DNA from: Eledone cirrhosa
Taxonomy: Eukaryota
Length of the DNA stretch: 64,000 nt
NCBI GenBank assembly: GCA_964016885.1
Contig: OZ024740.1
Span: 10,912,001-10,976,000, forward strand
Reading direction: 5' to 3'
Each line of letters opens with the position of its first letter. Within the stretch, counting starts at the first letter, position 1. The position numbers were made by a program, and so were the translations under genes. Positions 41,191-54,989 of this stretch are shown piece after piece. The notes beneath the pieces were generated by a model. The model made no database searches, had not been told where the DNA came from, and saw nothing but the letters and a program-made list of their open reading frames with translations.

Positions 41191-43801
41191 ATGATACTGT
41201 TTGATACAGTTATGGGAGTGTATGATACAGTTATGGTAGTGTTTGATACAGTTATGGTAGTGTTTGATACAGTTATGGGAGTGTTTGATACAGTTATGGG
41301 AGTGTTTGATACAGTTATAGGAGTGTTTGATACAGTTATGGTAGTGTTTGATACAGTTATGGGATTGTTTGATACAATTATGGTAATGTTTGATACAGTT
41401 ATGGGAGTGTTTGTTACTGTTATGGTAGTGTTTGATACAATTATGGTAGTGTTTGATACAGTTATGGGAGCGTTTGATACAGTAATAGGAGTGTATGATA
41501 CAGTTATGGTAGTGTTTGATACAGTTATTGGAGTGTTTGATACTGTTATGGGAGTGTTTGATACAGTTATGGTAGTGTTTGATAGAGTGATGGTAGTGTT
41601 TGATACAATTATGGGAGTGTTTGATACAGTTATGGAAGTGTTTGATATAGTTGTGGGAGTGTTTGATACAGTTATGGGAGTGTTTGATATAGTTGTGGGA
41701 GTGTTTGATACAGTTATGGGAGTGTTTGATACAGTTATGGAAGTGTTTGATATAGTTATGGGAGTGTTTGATACAGTAATGGTAGTGTTTGATACAGTTA
41801 TGGGTGTGTTTGATACAGTTATGGTAGTGTTTGATACAATTATGGTAGTGTTTGATACAATTAGGGGAGTGTTTGATACAGTTATGTTAGCGTTTGATAC
41901 AGTTATAGGAGTGTTTGATACAGTTATGGGAGTGTTTGATACAATTATAGGAGTGTTTGATACAGTTATGGGAGTGTTTCATACAGTTATGGGAGTGTTT
42001 GGTAGAGTTATGGGAGTGTTTGATACAGTTATGGGAGTGTTTGATACATTTATGGGAGTGTTTGATACATTGATATGAGTGTTTGATATAGTTATGGCAG
42101 TGTTTGATACTGTTATGGGAGTGTTTGATACAGTTATGGTAGTGTTTGATACAGTTATGGGAGTGTTTGATACAGTTATGGGAGTGTTTGATACAGTTAT
42201 GGGAGTGTTAGATACAGTTATGGTAGTGTTTGATACAGTTATGGTAGTGTTCGATACAGTTATGGGAGTGTTTGATACAGTTATGGTAGTGGTTGATACA
42301 GTAATGGTAGTGTTTGATACAGTTATGGTAGTGTTTGATATAGTTATGGGAGTGTTTGATACAATTATGGTAGTGTTTGATATAGTTATGGGAGTGTTTG
42401 ATACAGTTATGGGAGTGTTTGATACAATTATGGGAATGTTTGATACAGTTATGGGAGTGTTTGATACAGTTATGGGAGTGTTTGATACAGTTATGGTAGT
42501 GTTTGATACAGTTATGGGAGTGTTTGATACAGTTATGGTAGTGTTTGATATAATTATGGGAGTGTTTGATATAGTTATGGGAGTGTTTGATACAGTTATG
42601 GGAGTGTTTGATACAATTATGGGAATGTTTGATACAGTTATGGGAGTGTTTGATACAATTATGGGAATGTTTGATACAGTTATGGGAGTGTTTGATACAG
42701 TTATGGGAGTGTTTGATACAGTTATGTTAGTGTTTGATACAGTTATGGGAGTGTTTGATACAATTATGGTAGTGTTTGATACAGTTATGGTAGTGTTTGA
42801 TACAGTTATGGTAGTGTTTGATACAGTTATGGGAGTGTTTGATACAGTTATGGGAGTGTTTGATACAGTTATGGGAGCGTTTGATACAGTTATAGGAGTG
42901 TTTGATACAGTTATTGGAGTGTTTGATATAGTTATGGGAGTGTTTGATACAGTTATGGTAGTGTTTGATACAGTTATTGGAGTGTTTGATACTGTTATGG
43001 GAGTGTTTGATACAGTTATGGTAGTGTTTGATACAGTTATTGGAGTGTTTGATACTGTTATGGGAGTGTTTGATACAGTTATGGTAGTGTTTGATAGAGT
43101 GATGGTAGTGTTTGATACAATTATGGGAGTGTTTGATACATTTATGGAAGTGTTTGATACAGTTATGGTAGTGTTTGATATAGTTATGGGAGTGTTTGAT
43201 ACAGTTATGGGAGTGTTTGATACAGTTATTGAAGTGTTTGATATAGTTATGGGAGTGTTTGAAACAGTTATGGTAGTGTTTGTTACAGTTATTGGAGTGT
43301 TTGATACTGTTATGGGTGTGTTTGATACAGTTATGGTAGTGTTTGATACAGTTATTGGAGTGTTTGATACTGTTATGGGAGTGTTTGATACAGTTATGGG
43401 AGTGTTTGATACAGTTATGGGAGTGTTTGATACAGTTATGGAAGTGTTTGATATAGTTATGGGAGTGTTTGACACAGTTATGGGAGTGTTTGATATAGTT
43501 ATGGTAGTGTTTGATACAGTTATGTTAGTGTTTCATACAATTATGGGAGTGTTTGATACAGTTATGGGAGTGTTTGACACAGTTATGGGAGTGTTTGATA
43601 CAGTTATGGGAGCGTTTGATACAGTTATAGGAGTGTTTGATACAGTTATGGTAGTGTTTGATACAGTTATGGGAGTGTTTGATACAGTTATGGGATTGTT
43701 TGATACAATTATGGTAATGTTTGATACAGTTATGGGAGTGTTTGTTACAGTTATGGGAGTGTTTGATACAATTATGTTAGTGTTTGATACAGTTATGGTA
43801 G

Positions 43802-43827
43802 TGTTTGATATAGTTATATATCAAACA
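43802..43827. repeat. Perfect 11-bp inverted repeat TGTTTGATATA-gtta-TATATCAAACA
   Basis: 43817-43827 is the exact reverse complement of 43802-43812. It is the only reverse-oriented monomer fragment of this length I saw in the window. Confidence 0.92.
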
Positions 43828-46800
43828 ATTATGGTAGTGTTTGATATAGTTATGGGAGTGTTTGATACAGTTATGGGAGTGTTTGATACAGTTATCGGAG
43901 TGTTTGATACAGTTATGTTAGTGTTTGATACAATAATGGCAGTGCTTGATACAGTTATGGGAGTGTTTGATACAGTTATGGGAGTGTTTGATACAGTTAT
44001 GGGAGTGTTTGATACAGTTATGGGAGTGTTTGATACAGTTATGGAAGTGTTTGATATAGTTATGGGAGTGTTTGACACAGTTATGGGAGTGTTTGATATA
44101 GTTATGGTAGTGTTTGATACAGTTATGTTAGTGTTTGATACAATTATGGGAGTGTTTGATACAGTTATGGGAGTGTTTGACACAGTTATGGGAGTGTTTG
44201 ATATAGTTATGGTAGTGTTTGATACAGTTATGGTAGTGTTTGATACAGTTATGGTAGTGTTTGATACAGTTATGGGAGTGTTTGATACAGTTATAGGAGT
44301 GTTTGATACAGTTATGTTAGTGTTTGATACAGTTATGGTAGTGTTTGATACAGTTATCGGAGTGTTTGATACAGTTATGTTAGTGTTTGATACAATTATG
44401 GTAGTGTTTGATACAGTTATGGTAGTGTTTGATACAGTTATGGTAGTGTTTGATATAGTTATCGGAGTGTTTGATACAGTTATGTTAGTGTTTGATACAG
44501 TTATGGTAGTGTTTGATACAGTTATCGGAGTGTTTGATACAGTTATGTTAGTGTTTGATACAATTATGGTAGTGTTTGATACAGTTATGGTAGTGTTTGA
44601 TACAATTATGGTAGTGTTTGATACAGTTATGGTAGTGTTTGATACAGTTATAGGAGTATTTGATATAGTTATGGGAGTGTTTGATACAGTTATGGTAGTG
44701 TTTGGTACAGTTATGGGAGTGTTTGATACAGTTATGGTAGTGTTTGATACAGTTATGGTAGTGTTTGATACAGTTATGGGAGTGTTTGATACAGTTATGG
44801 GAGTGTTTGATACAGTTATGGTAGTGTTTGATACAGTTATGGTAGTGTTTGATACAGTTATGGGAGTGTTTGATACAGTTGTGGCAGTGTTTGATACAGT
44901 TATGGTAGTGTTTGATACAGTTATGGAAGTGTTTGATACAGTTATGGGAGTGTTTGATACAGTTGTGGCAGTGTTTGATACAGTTATGGGAGTGTTTGAT
45001 ACAGTTATGGTAGTGTTTGATACAGTTATGGTAGTGTTTGATAGAGTTATGGGAGTGTTTGATACAATTATGGTAGTGTTTGATACAGTTATGGTAGTGT
45101 TTGATAGAGTTATGGGAGTGTTTGATACAGTTATGGTAGTGTTTGATACAGTTATGGGAGTGTTTGATACAATTATGGGAGTGTTTGATACAGTTATGGG
45201 AGTGTTTGATAGAGTTATGGGAGTGTTTGATACAGTTATGGTAGTGTTTGATACAGTTATGGGAGTGTTTGATACAATTATGGGAGTGTTTGATACAGTT
45301 GTGGCAATGTTTGATACAGTTATGGGAGTGTTTGATACAGTTATAGGAGTGTTTGATACAGCTATGGGAGTGTTTGATATAGTTATGGGAGTGTTTGATA
45401 TAGTTATGGTAGTGTTTGATACAGTTATGGTAGTGTTTGATACAGTTATGGTAGTGTTTGATACAATTATGGGAGTGTTTGATATAGTTATGGTAGTGTT
45501 TGATACAGTTATGGGAGTGTTTGATACAGTTATCGAAGTGTTTGATACAGTTATGTTAGTGTTTGATACAATTATGGTAGTGCTTGATACAGTTATGGGA
45601 GTGTTTGATACAGTTGTGGCAGTGTTTGATACAGTTATGGGAGTGTTTGATATAGTTATGGGAGTGTTTGACACAGTTATGGGAGTGTTTGATACAGTTA
45701 TGGGAGTGTTTGATACAGTTATGGTAGTGTTTGATACAGTTATGGTAGTGTTTGATACAGTTATGTTAGTGTTTGATACAATTATGGGAGTGTTTGATAC
45801 AGTTATGGGAGTGTTTGACACAGTTATGGGAGTGTTTGATACAGTTATGGGAGTGTTTGATACAGTTATAGGAGTGTTTGATACAGTTATGGGAGTGTTT
45901 GATACAGTTATAGGAGTGTTTGATACAGTTATGGGAGTGTTTGATATAGTTATGGGAGTGTTTGATACAGTTATGGTAGTGTTTGATACAGTTATGGTAG
46001 TGTTTGGTACAGTTATGGGAGTGTTTGATACAGTTATGGTAGTGTTTGGTAGAGTTATGGTAGTGTTTGATACAGTTATAGGAGTATTTGATACAGTTAT
46101 GGGAGTGTTTGATACAATTATGGGAGTGTTTGATACAGTTGTGGCAGTGTTTGATACAGTTATAGGAGTATTTGATATAGTTATGGGAGTGTTTGATACA
46201 ATTATGGGAGTGTTTGATACAGTTATGGGAGTGTTTGATATAGTTATGGGAGTGTTTGATATAGTTATGGTAGTGTTTGATACAGTTATGGTAGTGTTTG
46301 ATACAGTTATGGGAGTGTTTGATACAGTTATGGTAGTGTTTGATATAGTTATGGGAGTGTTTGATACAGTTATGGAAGTGTTTGATACAGTTATGGGAGT
46401 GTTTGATACAGTTATGGTAGTGTTTGATACAGTTATGGTAGTGTTTGATACAGTTATGGGAGTGTTTGATACAGTTATGGTAGTGTTTGATACAGTTATG
46501 GTAGTGTTTGATACAGTTATGGGAGTGTTTGATACAATTATGGGAGTGTTTGATACAGTTATGGGAGTGTTTGATACAGTTATGGTAGTGTTTGATACAG
46601 TTATGGGAGTGTTTGATTCAACTATGGGAGTGTTTGATACAGTTATGGGAGTGTTTGATACAGTTATGGTAGTGTTTGATACAGTTATTGGAGTGTTTGA
46701 TACAGTTATGGGAGTGTTTGATACAGTTATGGTAGTGTTTGATACAGTTATGGTAGTGTTTGATACAGTTATGGGAGTGTTTGATACAATTATGGGAGTG

Positions 46801-47325
46801 TTTGATACAGTTATGGGAGTGTTTGATACAGTTATGGTAGTGTTTGGTACAGTTATGGGAGTGTTTGATACAGTTATAGGAGTGTATGATACAGTTATGG
46901 GAGTGTTTGATACAGTTATGGTAGTGTTTGGTACAGTTATGGGAGTGTTTGATACAGTTATGGGAGTGTTTGATACAGTTATAGGAGTGTTTGATACAGT
47001 TATGGGAGTGTTTGATACAGTTATGGTAGTGTTTGGTACAGTTATGGGAGTGTTTGATACAGTTATGGTAGTGTTTGATACAGTTATGGGAGTGTTTGAT
47101 ACAGTTATGGGAGTGTTTGATACAGTTATAGGAGTGTTTGATACAGTTATGGTAGTGTTTGGTACAGTTATGGGAGTGTTTGATACAGTTATGGTAGTGT
47201 TTGATACAGTTATGGAAGTGTTTGATAGAGTTATAGGAGTGTTTGATATAGTTATGGTAGTGTTTGATACAGTTATGGTAGTGTTTGATACAGTTATGGT
47301 AGTGTTTGGTACAGTTATGGTAGTG

Positions 47326-47705
47326 TTTGATACAGTTATGGTAGTGTTTGATACAGTTATGGAAGTGTTTGATAGAGTTATAGGAGTGTTTGATACAGTT
47401 ATGGTAGTGTTTGATACAGTTATGGAAGTGTTTGATAGAGTTATAGGAGTGTTTGATACAGTTATGGTAGTGTTTGATACAGTTATGGAAGTGTTTGATA
47501 GAGTTATAGGAGTGTTTGATACAGTTATAGGAGTGTTTGATACAGTTATGGAAGTGTTTGATAGAGTTATAGGAGTGTTTGATACAGTTATGGTAGTGTT
47601 TGATACAGTTATGGAAGTGTTTGATAGAGTTATAGGAGTGTTTGATACAGTTATGGTAGTGTTTGATACAGTTATGGAAGTGTTTGATAGAGTTATAGGA
47701 GTGTT
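47326..47705 (+). repeat. 63-bp (3-monomer) HOR, six tandem units
   Basis: ATGGAAGTGTTTGATAGAGTTATAGGA starts at 47359, 47422, 47485, 47548, 47611 and 47674, with a further copy at 47212. Confidence 0.9.
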
Positions 47706-50700
47706 TGATACAGTTATAGGAGTGTTTGATACAGTTATGGGAGTGTTTGGTACAGTTATGGGAGTGTTTGATACAGTTATGGGAGTGTTTGATACAGTTA
47801 TGGGAGTGTTTGATACAGTTATGGGAGTGTTTGATACAGTTATGGGAGTGTTTGGTACAGTTATGGGAGTGTTTGATACAGTTATGGTAGTGTTTGATAC
47901 AGTTATGGTAGTGTTTGGTACAGTTATGGTAGTGTTTGATACAGTTATGGGAGTGTTTGATACAGTTACGTGAGTGTTTGATACAGTTATGGGAGTGTTT
48001 GATACAGTTATGGTAGTGTTTGATACAGTTATGGTAGTGTTTGATACAGTTATGGGAGTGTTTGATACAGTTATGGGAGTGTTTGGTACAGTTATGGGAG
48101 TGTTTGATATAGTTATGGTAGTGTTTGATACAGTTATGGGAGTGTTTGATACAGTTATGGTAGTGTTTGATACAGTTATGGGAGTGTTTGGTACAGTTAT
48201 GGGAGTGTTTGATACAGTTATGGGAGTGTTTGATACAGTTATGGTAGTGTTTGATACAGTTATGGTAGTGTTTGATACAGTTATGGTAGTGTTTGATACA
48301 GTTATGGTAGTGTTTGATACAGTTACGTGAGTGTTTGATACAGTTATGGGAGTGTTTGATACAGTTATGGGAGTGTTTGGTACAGTTATGGTAGTGTTTG
48401 ATACAGTTATGGTAGTGTTTGGTACAGTTATGGGAGTGTTTGATACAGTTATGGTAGTGTTTGATAGAGTTATGGGAGTGTTTGATACAGTTATGGGAGT
48501 GTTTGGTACAGTTATGGGAGTGTTTGATACAGTTATGGTAGTGTTTGATAGAGTTATGGGAGTGTTTGATACAGTTATGGGAGTGTTTGATACAGTTATG
48601 GTAGTGTTTGATACATTTATGGGAGTGTTTGATACAGTTATGGTAGTGTTTGATACAGTTATGGTAGTGTTTGATACAGTTATGGTAGTGTTTGGTACAG
48701 TTATGGTAGTGTTTGATACAGTTATGGGAGTGTTTGATACAGTTATGGGAGTGTTTGGTACAGTTATGGGGGTGTTTGATACAGTTATGGTAGTGTTTGA
48801 TACAGTTATGGTAGTGTTTGATACAGTTATGGTAGTGTTTGATACAGTTACGTGAGTGTTTGATACAGTTATGGGAGTGTTTGATACAGTTATGGTAGTG
48901 TTTGATACAGTTATGGTAGTGTTTGATACAGTTATGGTAGTGTTTGGTACAGTTATGGGAGTGTTTGATACAGTTATGGTAGTGTTTGGTACAGTTATGG
49001 GAGTGTTTGATACAGTTATGGGAGTGTTTGGTACAGTTATGGGAGTGTTTGATACAGTTATGGGAGTGTTTGATACAGTTATGGGAGTGTTTGATACAGT
49101 TATGGGAGTGTTTGATACAGTTATGGTAGTGTTTGATACAGTTATGGGAGTGTTTGATACAGTTATGGGAGTGTTTGATACAGTTATGGTAGTGTTTGAT
49201 ACAGTTATAGGAGTATTTGATACAGTTATGGTAGTGTTTGATACAGTTATGGGAGTGTTTGATACAGTTATGGTAGTGTTTGGTACAGTTATGGGAGTGT
49301 TTGATACAGTTATGGTAGTGTTTGATACAGTTATGGTAGTGTTTGATACAGTTATGGTAGTGTTTGATACAGTTATAGGAGTATTTGATACAGTTATGGG
49401 AGTGTTTGATATAGTTATGGTAGTGTTTGATACATTTATGGTAGTGTTTGATACAGTTATGGTAGTGTTTGATAGAGTTATGGTAGTGCTTGATAGAGTT
49501 ATGGTAGTGTTTGATACAGTTATGGGAGTGTTTGATACAGTTATGGGAGTGTTTGATACAGTTATGGTAGTGTTTGATACAGTTATGGTAGTGTTTGATA
49601 CAGTTATGGTAGTGTTTGATACAGTTATGGTAGTGTTTGATACAGTTATGGTAGTGTTTGGTACAGTTATGGTAGTGTTTGATACAGTTATAGGAGTATT
49701 TGATACAGTTATGGGAGTGTTTGGTACAGTTATGGGGGTGTTTGATACAGTTATGGTAGTGTTTGATACAGTTATGGTAGTGTTTGATACAGTTATGGTA
49801 GTGTTTGATACAGTTACGTGAGTGTTTGATACAGTTATGGGAGTGTTTGATACAGTTATGGTAGTGTTTGATACAGTTATGGTAGTGTTTGGTACAGTTA
49901 TGGGAGTGTTTGATACAGTTATGGTAGTGTTTGGTACAGTTATGGTAGTGTTTGATACAGTTATGGGAGTGTTTGATACAGTTATGGGAGTGTTTGGTAC
50001 AGTTATGGGAGTGTTTGATACAGTTATGGTAGTGTTTGATACAGTTATGGTAGTGTTTGGTACAGTTATGGGAGTGTTTGATACAGTTATGGGAGTGTTT
50101 GGTACAGTTATGGGAGTGTTTGATACAGTTATGGTAGTGTTTGATACAGTTATGGGAGTGTTTGATACAGTTATGGGAGTGTTTGATACAGTTATGGTAG
50201 TGTTTGATACAGTTATGGGAGTGTTTGATACAGTTATGGGAGTGTTTGATACAGTTATGGTAGTGTTTGATACAGTTATGGGAGTGTTTGATACAGTTAT
50301 GGGAGTGTTTGATACAGTTATGGTAGTGTTTGATACAGTTATGGGAGTGTTTGATACAGTTATGGTAGTGTTTGATACAGTTATGGGAGTGTTTGATACA
50401 GTTATGGGAGTGTTTGATACAGTTATGGTAGTGTTTGGTACAGTTATGGGAGTGTTTGATACAGTTATGGGAGTGTTTGGTACAGTTATGGGAGTGTTTG
50501 ATACAGTTATGGTAGTGTTTGATACAGTTATGGTAGTGTTTGATACAGTTATGGGAGTGTTTGATACAGTTATGGGAGTGTTTGGTACAGTTATGGTAGT
50601 GTTTGATACAGTTATGGTAGTGTTTGATACAGTTATGGGAGTGTTTGATACAGTTATGGGAGTGTTTGATACAGTTATGGGAGTGTTTGATACAGTTATG

Positions 50701-53700
50701 GTAGTGTTTGATACAGTTATGGTAGTGTTTGGTACAGTTATGGGAGTGTTTGATACAGTTATGGGAGTGTTTGATACAGTTATGGTAGTGTTTGGTACAG
50801 TTATGGGAGTGTTTGATAGAGTTATAGGAGTGTTTGATACAGTTATGGTAGTGTTTGATACAGTTATGGGAGTGTTTGATACAGTTATGGTAGTGTTTGA
50901 TACAGTTATGGTAGTGTTTGATACAGTTATAGGAGTATTTGATACAGTTATGGTAGTGTTTGATACAGTTATGGGAGTGTTTGATACAGTTATGGTAGTG
51001 TTTGGTACAGTTATGGGAGTGTTTGATACAGTTATGGTAGTGTTTGATACAGTTATGGGAGTGTTTGATACAGTTATGGGAGTGTTTGATACAGTTATGG
51101 GAGTGTTTGATACAGTTATGGGAGTGTTTGATACAGTTATGGGAGTGTTTGATACAGTTATGGGAGTGTTTGATACAGTTATGGTAGTGTTTGATACAGT
51201 TATGGGAGTGTTTGATACAGTTATGGTAGTGTTTGATACAGTTATGGGAGTGTTTGATACAGTTATGGGAGTATTTGATACAGTTATGGTAGTGTTTGAT
51301 ACAGTTATGGGAGTGTTTGATACAGTTATGGTAGTGTTTGATACAGTTATGGGAGTGTTTGATACAGTTATGGTAGTGTTTGATACAGTTATGGTAGTGT
51401 TTGATACAGTTATAGGAGTATTTGATACAGTTATGGTAGTGTTTGATACAGTTATGGTAGTGTTTGATACAGTTATGGTAGTGTTTGATACAGTTATGGT
51501 AGTGTTTGATACAGTTATAGGAGTATTTGATATAGTTATGGTAGTGTTTGATAGAGTTATGGTAGTGTTTGATACAGTTATGGTAGTGTTTGATACAGTT
51601 ATGGTAGTGTTTGGTACAGTTATGGGAGTGTTTGATAGAGTTATGGGAGTGTTTGACACAGTTATGGGAGTGTTTGATACAGTTATGGTAGTGTTTGATA
51701 CAGTTATGGGAGTGTTTGGTACAGTTATGGGAGTGTTTGATACAGTTATAGGAGTGTTTGATACAGTTATGGTAGTGTTTGATACAGTTATGGGAGTGTT
51801 TGGTACAGTTATGGGAGTGTTTGATAGAGTTATGGGAGTGTTTGACACAGTTATGGGAGTGTTTGATACAGTTATGGTAGTGTTTGATACAGTTATGGGA
51901 GTGTTTGACACAGTTATGGGAGTGTTTGATACAGTTATGGTAGTGTTTGATAGAGTTATGGGAGTGTTTGATACAGTTATGGTAGTGTTTGATACAGTTA
52001 TGGTAGTGTTTGATAGAGTTATGGGAGTGTTTGGTACAGTTATGGGAGTGTTTGATACAGTTATGGGAGTGTTTGATACAGTTATGGGAGTGTTTGATAC
52101 AGTTATGGGAGTGTTTGATACAGTTATGGGAGTATTTGATACAGTTATGGGAGTGTTTGATACAGTTATGGTAGTGTTTGATACAGTTATGGTAGTGTTT
52201 GATACAGTTATGGGAGTGTTTGATACAGTTATGGTAGTGTTTGATAGAGTTATGGGAGTGTTTGATACAGTTATGGGAGTGTTTGGTACAGTTATGGGAG
52301 TGTTTGATACAGTTATGGTAGTGTTTGGTACAGTTATGGGAGTGTTTGATACAGTTATGGGAGTGTTTGGTACAGTTATGGGTGTGTTTGATACAGTTAT
52401 GGGAGTGTTTGGTACAGTTATGGGAGTGTTTGATACAGTTATGGTAGTGTTTGATATAGTTATGGGAGTGTTTGGTACAGTTATGGGAGTGTTTGGTACA
52501 GTTATGGTAGTGTTTGATACAGTTATGGTAGTGTTTGATATAGTTATGGGAGTGTTTGGTACAGTTATGGGAGTGTTTGGTACAGTTATGGGAGTGTTTG
52601 ATACAGTTATGGTAGTGTTTGATATAGTTATGGGAGTGTTTGGTACAGTTATGGGAGTGTTTGGTACAGTTATGGTAGTGTTTGATACAGTTATGGGAGT
52701 GTTTGGTACAGTTATGGGAGTGTTTGATACAGTTATGGTAGTGTTTGATAGAGTTATGGGAGTGTTTGGTACAGTTATGGGAGTGTTTGATACAGTTATG
52801 GTAGTGTTTGATACAGTTATGGGAGTGTTTGGTACAGTTATGGGAGTGTTTGATACAGTTATGGTAGTGTTTGATACAGTTATGGGAGTGTTTGGTACAG
52901 TTATGGGAGTGTTTGATAGAGTTATGGGAGTGTTTGATACAGTTATGGGAGTGTTTGATACAGTTATAGGAGTATTTGATACAGTTATGGGAGTGTTTGA
53001 TACAGTTATGGTAGTGTTTGGTACAGTTATGGGAGTGTTTGATACAGTTATGGGAGTGTTTGATAGAGTTATGGGAGTGTTTGATAGAGTTATGGGAGTG
53101 TTTGATACAGTTATAGGAGTGTTTGATACAGTTATGGGAGTGTTTGGTACAGTTATGGGAGTGTTTGATAGAGTTATGGGAGTGTTTGATACAGTTATAG
53201 GAGTATTTGATACAGTTATGGGAGTGTTTGATACAGTTATGGTAGTGTTTGATATAGTTATGGTAGTGTTTGGTACAGTTATGGGAGTGTTTGATACAGT
53301 TATGGGAGTGTTTGATACAGTTATGGTAGTGTTTGATACAGTTATGGGAGTGTTTGGTACAGTTATGGGAGTGTTTGATACAGTTATGGTAGTGTTTGAT
53401 AGAGTTATGGGAGTGTTTGATACAGTTATAGGAGTGTTTGATACAGTTATGGTAGTGTTTGATACAGTTATGGGAGTGTTTGATACAGTTATGGTAGTGT
53501 TTGATACAGTTATGGGAGTGTTTGATACAGTTATGGGAGTGTTTGATACAGTTATGGTAGTGTTTGATACAGTTATGGTAGTGTTTGGTACAGTTATGGG
53601 AGTGTTTGATACAGTTATGGTAGTGTTTGATAGAGTTATGGGAGTGTTTGATACAGTTATGGGAGTGTTTGGTACAGTTATGGGAGTGTTTGATACAGTT

Positions 53701-54989
53701 ATGGTAGTGTTTGATAGAGTTATGGGAGTGTTTGATACAGTTATGGGAGTGTTTGATACAGTTATGGTAGTGTTTGATACATTTATGGGAGTGTTTGATA
53801 CAGTTATGGTAGTGTTTGATACAGTTATGGTAGTGTTTGATACAGTTATGGTAGTGTTTGATACAGTTATGGGAGTGTTTGATACAGTTATGGTAGTGTT
53901 TGATACAGTTATGGGAGTGTTTGATACAGTTATGGGAGTGTTTGATATAGTTATGGTAGTGTTTGATACATTTATGGTAGTGTTTGATACAGTTATGGTA
54001 GTGTTTGATAGAGTTATGGTAGTGTTTGATAGAGTTATGGTAGTGTTTGATACAGTTATGGGAGTGTTTGATATAGTTATGGTAGTGTTTGATACAGTTA
54101 TGGGAGTGTTTGATACAGTTATGGGAGTGTTTGATACAGTTATGGTAGTGTTTGATACAGTTATGGTAGTGTTTGATACAGTTATGGTAGTGTTTGATAC
54201 AGTTATGGTAGTGTTTGATACAGTTATGGTAGTGTTTGATACAATTATGGTAGTGTTTGATACAGTTATGGGAGTGTTTGGTACAGTTATGGGAGTGTTT
54301 GATACAGTTATAGGAGTGTTTGATACAGTTATGGTAGTGTTTGATACAGTTATGGGAGTGTTTGATACAGTTATAGGAGTGTTTGATACAGTTATGGTAG
54401 TGTTTGATACAGTTATGGGAGTGTTTGGTACAGTTATGGGGGTGTTTGATACAGTTATGGTAGTGTTTGATACAGTTATAGTAGTGTTTGATACAGTTAT
54501 GGTAGTGTTTGATACAGTTACGTGAGTGTTTGATACAGTTATGGTAGTGTTTGGTACAGTTATGGGAGTGTTTGATACAGTTATGGGAGTGTTTGGTACA
54601 GTTATGGGAGTGTTTGGTACAGTTATGGGAGTGTTTGATACAGTTATAGGAGTGTTTGGTACAGTTATGGGAGTGTTTGGTACAGTTATGGGAGTGTTTG
54701 ATACAGTTATGGTAGTGTTTGATACAGTTATGGTAGTGTTTGGTACAGTTATGGTAGTGTTTGATACAGTTATGGTAGTGTTTGATAGAGTTATGGTAGT
54801 GTTTGGTACAGTTATGGTAGTGTTTGATACAGTTATGGTAGTGTTTGATAGAGTTATGGTAGTGTTTGATAGAGTTATGGTAGTGTTTGATAGAGTTATA
54901 GGAGTGTTTGATACAGTTATGGTAGTGTTTGATACAGTTATGGGAGTGTTTGATACAGTTATGGGAGTGTTTGATACAGTTATGGGAGT

